57,323 nt of DNA, from the NCBI GenBank assembly GCA_034002785.1, contig JAVEZX010000004.1, positions 1 through 57,323 of the forward strand, read 5' to 3'. The position numbers and the translations under genes were made by a program. Positions 45,241 through 53,221 of the stretch are shown piece by piece; the first letter of the stretch is position 1, and each line of letters begins with the position of its first letter. This stretch comes from Bacteroidales bacterium. GTDB lineage: Bacteria > Bacteroidota > Bacteroidia > Bacteroidales > VadinHA17. The notes beneath the pieces are model-generated. The model was given only the letters and a program-made list of their open reading frames with translations, was not told the DNA's origin and made no database searches.

Positions 45241-48015
45241 ATGTGCAGCTTTAGGTTTCGGTTTTTCCCTGTTTTTTTCATCCTCTGTCTGACAGCCTCC
45301 GGCCAGTCGCTTCAAAATATCGGAGTTGTCAGGGAGAACGGCGCTGCCGCAGTCGCTCTCATCCTCGATGACAGCACACGGACTAACCTCATGGCGCCCA
45401 GGCCCATTTTCAGTTTCAGACTTGACGGTGTCAGCCTGGAGTCTGACGATGTGCCGGCGGGTCTCATCGGCAGCCGCTTCCTGATGGTCTTTGCCGGCGG
45501 CGCCGAAGCCTCCTATACACCCCGCGGTGGCTCACACCCGGGATTCATGGCTGAACTGACCCTGCGAAACAACTGGAATGATACCATCACCGTCAGCGAT
45601 GTAGTGCCCTTCGGCGAAAAGAACAATGATGCCTTCATAACCGGTGCGGGACCCCGCGACCTTGCCCGTGCATACCTCAACCTGCCGGGGAAGAGCCCGG
45701 TACGCGTCATCCTGCCCGATAACGCCTGGGAGATGGGATTCAGCACCTTCAAAGCCCAGGGTGATCTGTCGGTAGCCGCCATCGCAAGGCGAATCAAAAC
45801 TGACAACGGCACGGCAAGAAGATACGAAACAATCCTCCCCCCCGGAGCCTCTGTGACTTACCACATCTATGCCGACCTCTTCAGGGGCGACTGGCAGCAG
45901 GGCCTGAAGCTTATGTTCGCAGAGCGATGGCTCTATGATCTGTCACGGTTCGATGAGACTCTCTATGAGCGGGAAGACCTGAAGTGGATACGCACATCCT
46001 ACCTGATGATACTGCAGATGGCATGGGACAGGGAATATCACAATCGCCTCACCGGTGATGAGGGATTTACTGATTACCTTGGTCAGTATAACCGGCTCTT
46101 CGGACATGTTGATGTATGGGGCATCTGGCCCACATGGCCCCGCCTCGGCCTCGACGACCGCAATCAGTGGGATCTGTATCGCGATCTGCCCGGAGGAACC
46201 GCCGGCCTCAGACAACTGGGCCGGGAAGCAAGGACTGACGGATGCAGGTTCTTCATAGCCTATAACCCGTGGGATAAAAGCACCCGTCCTGAAGACCATC
46301 TTCGCGGGATGGCGCAGATAATAGCTGAAACGGAAGCCGACGGCGTAGTGCTCGACACAGAGGGCAGCTCCTCGGCAGAACTGCAGGGAGCCGCGGATAC
46401 GGTTCGCAGCGGAGTGGTGATGTATTCCGAGGGTATGCCTGTTGTTAAGGATATGCCCGGTATAGTGGCAGCCAGGGTCCATAATGCACTGTTCCTCAGT
46501 CCGGAACTTAACCTGAACAAGCTTATCAGACCTGATTTTGCAATCTTCAGGGTGGCCGACGTCGGCGAAGATATCCTCCACCGCGAGATCTCCGTCGCCT
46601 TCTTCAACGGCTACGGCACCGAGCTTAATATGTTCAGACCCGGAGGCAGGGGAGAAGATTTCAGGAAGGATCTGGGATACCTGGCAAAAACAACCTATAT
46701 CCTGCGAAGAAACAGCGATGCATTTGCCGGCACAAACTGGACCCCACTGGTGCAAAGCGGCGCTGACAGGGTCTATGTTAACAGCTGGAACGCCGGGGAG
46801 AAGAAGATTTATACCGTGCTGAACATGGACCACCGTGGTTACAGCGGTCCCCTCTTCAGCCCGGGTGATACCGTGGGAAAACACCTTGTCTCACTCTGGA
46901 GACATGAGGAGATTAATCCGTCTGTCGTCAACGGAACCCTAATGGCTCCTGTGGAAACCCCGGGCTGGAGCCAGATGTTCAACGGCACCAGGCGCGAGAG
47001 CTCTATAGACTGCATAGCGTTGCTGCCACGATTGATCACAGCTGAGTTCAGGGGTAACAGGATACGGATTGCTGCAGAGGTAAGCGGCACACTGCTTATA
47101 AGCAGCGGAGAGCCCGGTTATGACAGACCTCCTGTCAGGATTACAGCTCCGGCAGACACCCTCCTTAGTTCCGACACACTGCTGGGAATTGAAGGGGATA
47201 AGATAGTGATCGAGCTGACTGACGCCGATGGAATACTGCTCGATGAAAGCGTCGTCAGGCCCGGAACCGGACGTCCCTGGCTGGTGTCTGAGACGAAACG
47301 CACCGCTCCGGCAGTTGATATACCTTCGGGAATGGTGCTTATACCCTCTGCCGTTATTGAATACCACCTCAGCTCTGCAGATGAGTTCGTGCCGTATCCT
47401 TCAGGTGGTGAAGTAATTACGGCCTCACCTGACAGTTTCCTGATAGACAGGTACCCCGTGACAAACGAAGAATTCCTTCAGTTTATAAGGGCTTCCGGAT
47501 ATATCCCGTCAGATACTTCCAACTATCTAAGGCACTGGGAACAGGGACTGCCGGTCACCGGTCAGGAACGCTATCCGGTGGTCTGGATAAGCCTCGAGGA
47601 TGCCAGGGCATACGCCCGCTGGGCAGGCAAGCGTCTCCCCACTGAATCGGAGTGGCAACTTGCGGCACAGGGTACCGATGGCAGGGAGTGGCCCTGGGGT
47701 GATGAGTTTCATGCGACCAAATGCAACAACGGATTTGGCAGACCGACACCTGTGGATGCCTTTCCCAAAGGGGAGAGTCCCTACGGGGTGGCAGACCTGG
47801 TAGGCAATGTCTGGCAGATGACAAACGATGTCTATAGTAACGGAGCTTACTATTTCAATATAATCAGGGGAGGCAGCTGGTTCCGCCCGGAATCAAGCTG
47901 GTGGTACGTTCGTGGCGGCCCTCAGCCGCTCTCAATGACACAGATGCAGCTCCTCGTCTCACCGGGCTATGACCGCAGCGCTACAGTCGGATTCCGCTGC
48001 CTAAAGGATTTATGA
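45241..48015 (+). CDS. secreted 924-aa protein: uncharacterised ~640-aa N-terminal region plus C-terminal FGE-sulfatase (SUMF1-type) domain
   Basis: Signal peptide. The C-terminus reads DRYPVTNEEFLQFI.., YPVVWISLEDARAYARWAGKRLPTESEWQLAAQG, WPWGDEF, VADLVGNVWQMTND, IRGGSW. Confidence 0.75.
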   Translation: MCSFRFRFFPVFFILCLTASGQSLQNIGVVRENGAAAVALILDDSTRTNLMAPRPIFSFRLDGVSLESDDVPAGLIGSRFLMVFAGGAEASYTPRGGSHPGFMAELTLRNNWNDTITVSDVVPFGEKNNDAFITGAGPRDLARAYLNLPGKSPVRVILPDNAWEMGFSTFKAQGDLSVAAIARRIKTDNGTARRYETILPPGASVTYHIYADLFRGDWQQGLKLMFAERWLYDLSRFDETLYEREDLKWIRTSYLMILQMAWDREYHNRLTGDEGFTDYLGQYNRLFGHVDVWGIWPTWPRLGLDDRNQWDLYRDLPGGTAGLRQLGREARTDGCRFFIAYNPWDKSTRPEDHLRGMAQIIAETEADGVVLDTEGSSSAELQGAADTVRSGVVMYSEGMPVVKDMPGIVAARVHNALFLSPELNLNKLIRPDFAIFRVADVGEDILHREISVAFFNGYGTELNMFRPGGRGEDFRKDLGYLAKTTYILRRNSDAFAGTNWTPLVQSGADRVYVNSWNAGEKKIYTVLNMDHRGYSGPLFSPGDTVGKHLVSLWRHEEINPSVVNGTLMAPVETPGWSQMFNGTRRESSIDCIALLPRLITAEFRGNRIRIAAEVSGTLLISSGEPGYDRPPVRITAPADTLLSSDTLLGIEGDKIVIELTDADGILLDESVVRPGTGRPWLVSETKRTAPAVDIPSGMVLIPSAVIEYHLSSADEFVPYPSGGEVITASPDSFLIDRYPVTNEEFLQFIRASGYIPSDTSNYLRHWEQGLPVTGQERYPVVWISLEDARAYARWAGKRLPTESEWQLAAQGTDGREWPWGDEFHATKCNNGFGRPTPVDAFPKGESPYGVADLVGNVWQMTNDVYSNGAYYFNIIRGGSWFRPESSWWYVRGGPQPLSMTQMQLLVSPGYDRSATVGFRCLKDL

Positions 48016-48086
48016 TTTGCGATTTGCGAGTTGAAGAATAAATCGCAATTCGCAACTCGCAACTCGCAATTCGCAATTCGCAACTC
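48016..48086. repeat. period-7 tract pair: TTTGCGA TTTGCGA GTTG / spacer / TCGCAAT TCGCAAC TCGCAAC TCGCAAT TCGCAAT TCGCAAC (inverted arms)
   Basis: Read directly. It fills the whole gap between two convergent stop codons. Confidence 0.9.
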
Positions 48087-49253
48087 TCATATCCTCCTTG
48101 CTCCATCGCCGATGCCGGGCAGGTAGAATTCAGCCGTCAGGCCTGTCTTTGCGGTGTAAACCTCACCCAGCTTCCGGATGAACTCATCGGTATGCCTGTT
48201 TTCTACTATCGAGACCGTGCATCCACCGAATCCGGCCCCGGTCATCCTGGTACCCACAACACCAGGAAGCTTCCTTCCCTCATACACCAGGGTGTCAAGC
48301 TCCGTACCCGTCACTTCATAATCTGTGCAGAGCGAATCATGAGACTCGTTCATAAGCTTGCCCAGCAGGCTTATATCATTGTTTTGAAGTGCCTTTATGG
48401 CATCCAGCGTCCGGCCGTTCTCGGTGATGACATGCTTCGCCCTCTTCCGTACCACGGGATCCGGAATGTAGCTGTCAAGCATCCAAAGGTCAGCCACTGA
48501 CAGTTCACTGAGGTTCTTTATGGGTCGGTGTTCAGAGATGAGCGCCACAGCCCTCTCGCACTCTGACCGCCGCTCATTGTACTTGCTGTCAGTCAGCCCC
48601 CTGCGCTTATTGGTGTTGGTGATCACCAGACGCCTGTCGCCCAGGTTCAGCGGGGCATACCTGTATTCAAGAGTGTCACAGTTAAGGTTGATTGCATGAT
48701 CCTTTCTTCCGAACCCGACAGCAAACTGATCCATGATGCCGCAATTCATCCCCACAAACCCGTTCTCGGCCTTCTGGGCCATCCTGACCATCTCCATCAT
48801 CTCCAGGCCTGACTCCGTAAGCTCATTAATTGCTACGGCCGTAACCATCTCAATAGACGCAGATGATGAGAGTCCCGCACCGTTTGGGATGTCACCCATG
48901 AAGAGCATCTCCATTCCGGGTGCTCTGATTCCCTTGCGGGCAAACTCGTTGACAACCCCAACCGGGTAATTGGTCCAGCTCTTCGGAACAGGCAGGTAAT
49001 TGAGCGCAATGGGAATGATTACCTCGCCGGGAAAGTTGAGGCTGTTCATCAGCATCTCCTGCCTGCCTGTCTTGCGGACCAGCAGTGTGGTCCCGAAATC
49101 CAGTGCACAGGGAAAAACATATCCGCCATTGTAGTCGGTGTGCTCACCAATCAGGTTTACCCTTCCGGGTGAATAAAAAAGGACAGGCTCTTTGTCCCTG
49201 TCCCCGTATAACCTGAAAAATTCTTCCTTCAGATAGTTTGTGTCAGCTTTCAT
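48087..49253 (-). CDS. galK: galactokinase
   Basis: GHMP kinase with the galactokinase signature GRVNLIGEHTDYNGG and PNGAGLSSSAS. Confidence 0.93.
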   Translation of the reverse strand: MKADTNYLKEEFFRLYGDRDKEPVLFYSPGRVNLIGEHTDYNGGYVFPCALDFGTTLLVRKTGRQEMLMNSLNFPGEVIIPIALNYLPVPKSWTNYPVGVVNEFARKGIRAPGMEMLFMGDIPNGAGLSSSASIEMVTAVAINELTESGLEMMEMVRMAQKAENGFVGMNCGIMDQFAVGFGRKDHAINLNCDTLEYRYAPLNLGDRRLVITNTNKRRGLTDSKYNERRSECERAVALISEHRPIKNLSELSVADLWMLDSYIPDPVVRKRAKHVITENGRTLDAIKALQNNDISLLGKLMNESHDSLCTDYEVTGTELDTLVYEGRKLPGVVGTRMTGAGFGGCTVSIVENRHTDEFIRKLGEVYTAKTGLTAEFYLPGIGDGARRI

Positions 49254-50680
49254 ACCTTGAGCTTTTTCTCTATTTCCAAAATCTGGCTCCTGAAATGCCG
49301 GTCAGTATCAATCAGGTTGTTTACGGTCTTGCAGGCATGAAGCACGGTTGCGTGATCCTTGCCCCCGATGGATGAGCCGATACTTGCAAGCGAAGCCTTT
49401 GTCAGGCTCTTCGAGAAATACATCGAGACCTGCCGTGCCTGAACTATCTCCCGCTTTCGGGTCTTCCCCTGCATCTGATCCACGGGTATCTTGTAGTACT
49501 CGCAGACAACCTTCTGGATATAGTCAATTGTGATCTCCCGGCGCTGGGTGTTCACCAGCCTGTCCACCATCTGGCGGGCAAGCTCGAGAGTTACCTCCTT
49601 GCGATTGAGAGTCGATTGCGCATAAAGCGAAATGAGGCCCGATTCAAGCTCCCTTATGTTCGAGGAGATATTCTCCGCCAGGAACTCGAAGATCTCGTCC
49701 GGCAGCTCGATACCGTCATTGTACGCCTTCTTCCTGAGAATGGCAAGCCTGGTCTCGAAATCGGGCTTCTGCAGGTCAGCCAGCAGTCCCCATTTGAACC
49801 TCGACAGGAGCCGCTGCTCCATCCCCTGAAGCTCCACCGGGGGCTTGTCACAGGTGAGTATCAACTGCTTGCCCGACTGATGGAGATGATTGAAAATGTG
49901 AAAGAATGTATCCTGGGTCTTCTCCTTCCCTGCAAATTCATGGACATCGTCAATGATCAGGACGTCAATCATCTGGTAGAAATGGAGAAAATCGTTTTTG
50001 TTGTTGTTGCGGATCGACTCCACAAACTGGGTCTGGAATTTATTCGCGTTAACGTAAAGCACTGTCTTGTCCGGGAACTTCTCCTTTACCAGGATGCCAA
50101 TGGCCTGAACCAGGTGAGTCTTACCAAGTCCGGAATCACCGTAGATCATCAGGGGGTTAAAGGCGGTGCCGCCGGGATTGTTGCCCACTGCAATACCTGC
50201 TGAACGGGCAAGACGGTTGCATTCACCCTCGACGAAATTGGAAAAGGAGTAGTCAGGATTGAGCCTCGGATCAAAATGAAGCTTCTTTATTCCCGGTATA
50301 ATGAAAGGATTCCTGATGGCAGGCTGTGTCACCTCAAAAGGTACCTGCATCGGCTTGTTCTGAAGGTCTGACTTGTTTCTCGACGGATACCTGACAGTGT
50401 AGGGCTTGCCGTTTGCGTAGCCTGAGTTCTCCATGATGATTGTGTACTCAAGCTTGGCATCATTGCCTATCTCCCTCCTGAGTGTCTTGCGGAGGATATC
50501 TATGTACTGCTCTTCAAGGTATTCATAAAAGAAAGGGCTGGGCACCTGTATTGTAAGTATGTTCTTTTCGAGCCTGAGAGGAACAATTGGCTCGAACCAT
50601 GTTTTAAAGCTGGCCGATGGAATAATGTCACGAATTATTTCCAGACAGTTATTCCAAACCTCATCGTGTGACTTGTTCAT
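49250..50680 (-). CDS. dnaA: chromosomal replication initiator protein DnaA
   Basis: 476 aa with AAA+ Walker A YGDSGLGKTHL, LIIDDVH, and the C-terminal DnaA-box-binding domain (..IVQARQVSMYF...SLASIG...DHATVLHA). Confidence 0.95.
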   Translation of the reverse strand: MNKSHDEVWNNCLEIIRDIIPSASFKTWFEPIVPLRLEKNILTIQVPSPFFYEYLEEQYIDILRKTLRREIGNDAKLEYTIIMENSGYANGKPYTVRYPSRNKSDLQNKPMQVPFEVTQPAIRNPFIIPGIKKLHFDPRLNPDYSFSNFVEGECNRLARSAGIAVGNNPGGTAFNPLMIYGDSGLGKTHLVQAIGILVKEKFPDKTVLYVNANKFQTQFVESIRNNNKNDFLHFYQMIDVLIIDDVHEFAGKEKTQDTFFHIFNHLHQSGKQLILTCDKPPVELQGMEQRLLSRFKWGLLADLQKPDFETRLAILRKKAYNDGIELPDEIFEFLAENISSNIRELESGLISLYAQSTLNRKEVTLELARQMVDRLVNTQRREITIDYIQKVVCEYYKIPVDQMQGKTRKREIVQARQVSMYFSKSLTKASLASIGSSIGGKDHATVLHACKTVNNLIDTDRHFRSQILEIEKKLKV

Positions 50681-51003
50681 TCAGATTGAAATTAAAAAAC
50701 TCTTTTTTTTCGTCGGTGCTGAAAGCCGTGACAATATTTGTAAAAAAAAAGGTTAAAAAAAAATATTTTTGCTCTTGACTTTTACATTTATTCTTTACTG
50801 TGATGACCTTCAGGTCCTTAAAGTGAAAAACATTGGTCAAAATTTATAATATGCAGATATTCAATAATATACGATGAAGAGTATGGACTACAGTCCTTTA
50901 TAAAATTGAAGATATTCCGGTCCTGAACTGCCAAGTTTGGGAAACCTCTGTCAGGAGGCTTGCAACCGGGTGATCCAGTATTGTTTAGTATTATTCTAAC
51001 AAA
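50681..51003. other. AT-rich non-coding region upstream of dnaA (dnaA promoter and possible oriC or DNA-unwinding segment)
   Basis: 323 nt with no credible ORF. It has long A/T runs (GTAAAAAAAAAGGTTAAAAAAAAATATTTTTG) and short inverted repeats GACCT-TC-AGGTC and GGACT-AC-AGTCC. I saw no TTATCCACA-type box. Confidence 0.35.
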
Positions 51004-51945
51004 TCAATCGGCCTTTTTGCCAAAAAGGGAGAAATGGACATATTTCTTCGGATTTTCCTTCATGTCACGCAGCAAAAGGTCAAGACTGCCAAGCGTATTA
51101 CTCAGATTATTGTAAAGACTGTCGTTGGTCATCAGCTTGCCAGCCGATCCTTCGCCCTGGCTGATGCCCTTTACTATGGTTTCAAGACCGGAGAGAGAGG
51201 AGCGGAGAGAGGTGAGCGTGGTCCCCAGGTCGGCCGCTGCCAGTTCCTCAGAGATACCTCCAATATTTTTCAGTGCTGAATCAAGAGTTGTGCTGTTTGC
51301 CGAGAGCATGGCCGTAAAGGTTTGCAGATCAGCAATGGCTGCCGTTAGTTCATCCTTGCTGCTGTTTGAGACCTCCTTAAGATCAGAGGTGACGGAGCTG
51401 ACATCTGACATGGCAGACCTGATATTACCTGTCATCTCCGGTGTGAAAACGCTGTTCAGCGCAGTGACCACTGAGTCAAGCCTGACAATGATACTAGTGA
51501 TATTACCCTCCAGCGGGGAGAAAGTCTGCCCAAGCCTGTCAATGATCGAGGTGGCTACGTATCCCTGCAGGGTATCATGACTGTGGCACATCTCGCTGCT
51601 CTCACCCATCTGAAGGACAATCTTCATGCCCGCAATGAGTGTGGCCGTGGTAATCTCTGCCCTGGTGTCCCTGGGAATGTTGAAGTTCTTGTCCACGGAG
51701 AGCGATACAAGTATTAGCCCGGATCCGTCATTGATCAGCCTGACATCCTGCACCACACCCGCATGGTAGCCGTTTATCTCAACAGGATTTGATTCTGTAA
51801 GTCCTGCGATGTTATCATATACAATATGATAGGTGTCAGTACTTGTGAAGAGGGCAGTACCCTTCAGGAACTGGAACATCAGAATGAATGCGATTATTGT
51901 AATCAGCGCAACGGCTCCGATCTTGACCTCGTGGGATATCTTCAT
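51004..51945 (-). CDS. mlaD: MlaD/MCE-family protein
   Basis: N-terminal TM segment, an MCE domain (..VYDNIAGLTESNPVEINGYHAGVV..) and a long helical C-terminus. Confidence 0.8.
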   Translation of the reverse strand: MKISHEVKIGAVALITIIAFILMFQFLKGTALFTSTDTYHIVYDNIAGLTESNPVEINGYHAGVVQDVRLINDGSGLILVSLSVDKNFNIPRDTRAEITTATLIAGMKIVLQMGESSEMCHSHDTLQGYVATSIIDRLGQTFSPLEGNITSIIVRLDSVVTALNSVFTPEMTGNIRSAMSDVSSVTSDLKEVSNSSKDELTAAIADLQTFTAMLSANSTTLDSALKNIGGISEELAAADLGTTLTSLRSSLSGLETIVKGISQGEGSAGKLMTNDSLYNNLSNTLGSLDLLLRDMKENPKKYVHFSLFGKKAD

Positions 51946-51954
51946 AGGGTTATG

Positions 51955-53184
51955 TTATCTTTTCTTTGCATCAATTGCCTCCCTGAGAGGCATTATCTTA
52001 CCATTCCTGACAGCAATGACGAACGCGTCTGGGAATCGTCCCGTCAGTTTCCGTCTGTAATTCAGGGCGTCAGCATATAGAACGAATTTTCCTGACGCAT
52101 ATTTAATCCGCTCACCGTCTTCTATCTTGCTTAACGGTTCCAGTTCCTTTAAAATGCTCTGATTAAGTTCCCTGTTCTTTGGCATTGCAGCCACCTGAAC
52201 CATGAAGAGGATCTCGTCTGCAGCCGCCAGGGGTTTTTCCGTATCATCTGCCACGGATCCGGGGGTGCTGTCATTACGGCCTGCCGGTTGTTCAGTCACT
52301 TGCGCAACAGCACTGTCAGAGATGACCGGCGTTGATGGCTCCCCGTGGATCACTCCGTTGCCGTTCTTTACACCTGACCTGTTGTCTATTGTCTGCTTGT
52401 AATCCCTGAACGCCCGGAATATGGCAGATGCCATGTAGTCCTGACCCTGCTCTGACATGAGGAATTTCTCTTCATCGGAATTGGTAATATAACCAAGCTC
52501 AACAAGAACGGACGGCATTGTCGTACGCCAGAGAACCACAAACCCAGCCTGCCTTACACCACGGTCCTTCCTGCCAACACGTTCCCTGAACTGATCCTGG
52601 ATCAGCGTGGCAAACTCTGTGCTCTGTTTCAGATAGGTATTTTGCATCAGGGAAAATATAATATAGGATTCAACCGAGTTCGGATCGAAACCCTCATATT
52701 TCGTTTCGTAGTCCTTCTCAAAGGTGATGACCGAGTTCTCCTTCATTGCAACCTGCAGGTTCGCTTCATCCATTGTCTGACCGAGAACATAGGTCTCTGC
52801 GCCAAACAATCGCTTGTCAGACAATGCATTCGAATGTATTGAAATAAACAGGTCAGCCTTGTTCCTGTTGGCAACCTCGGCTCTTTCAGCAAGTCCGGGA
52901 TAGGTATCATCATCCCTGGTGAATATGACCTTTACATCTTTCAGGTTGTCCCTGATATACTTACCTGTCTTCAGGGCCACGGCAAGGTTTATATTCTTCT
53001 CCCTGGCCTTTGAGCCTACCGCACCCGGATCCTTCCCGCCGTGACCGGCATCAATTACCACAACCCATTCATCTTCTGCAGGCAACGGTTGCGCCCCCAG
53101 ATCTGCCGGCACGGTTATTGCTGCCATCAGAAGGGCACATGCCAGAATATCTTTCAACCCTCTTATTTTGGTACTCTGCCGCAT
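51955..53184 (-). CDS. N-acetylmuramoyl-L-alanine amidase (Amidase_3) with C-terminal SPOR-like domain
   Basis: VVIDAGHGGKDPGA, ..FISIHSNA.. zinc ligands, and a C-terminal LFMVQVAAMPKNRE...SPOR-like segment. Start taken at MRQSTKIRG. Confidence 0.85.
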   Translation of the reverse strand: MRQSTKIRGLKDILACALLMAAITVPADLGAQPLPAEDEWVVVIDAGHGGKDPGAVGSKAREKNINLAVALKTGKYIRDNLKDVKVIFTRDDDTYPGLAERAEVANRNKADLFISIHSNALSDKRLFGAETYVLGQTMDEANLQVAMKENSVITFEKDYETKYEGFDPNSVESYIIFSLMQNTYLKQSTEFATLIQDQFRERVGRKDRGVRQAGFVVLWRTTMPSVLVELGYITNSDEEKFLMSEQGQDYMASAIFRAFRDYKQTIDNRSGVKNGNGVIHGEPSTPVISDSAVAQVTEQPAGRNDSTPGSVADDTEKPLAAADEILFMVQVAAMPKNRELNQSILKELEPLSKIEDGERIKYASGKFVLYADALNYRRKLTGRFPDAFVIAVRNGKIMPLREAIDAKKR

Positions 53185-53205
53185 TACTGCTATGCGAATT
53201 TTAAT

Positions 53206-53213
53206 TAGTTTTG
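53206..53213 (+). promoter_or_regulatory. -7 promoter box TAGTTTTG
   Basis: Exact TAnnTTTG match 9-18 nt upstream of the two candidate ATGs of the LptD-like gene. Confidence 0.35.
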
Positions 53214-53221
53214 CCGCTGGC

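Noticed and set aside
48016-48086. CRISPR-array interpretation of the tandem tracts here and at 4243, 10471, 13412, 19931, 23513 and 43141.
   Set aside because: The units are 7-8 nt and directly abutting with no spacers. There are no cas genes in the window. This is not a CRISPR architecture.
50900-50990. SRP RNA (4.5S) or 6S RNA in the dnaA-mlaD gap, prompted by GGTCC..GAA..GCCAAG-like strings.
   Set aside because: On neither strand could I build the domain IV hairpin with a GNRA loop and symmetric/asymmetric loops. The resemblance is limited to a few bases.
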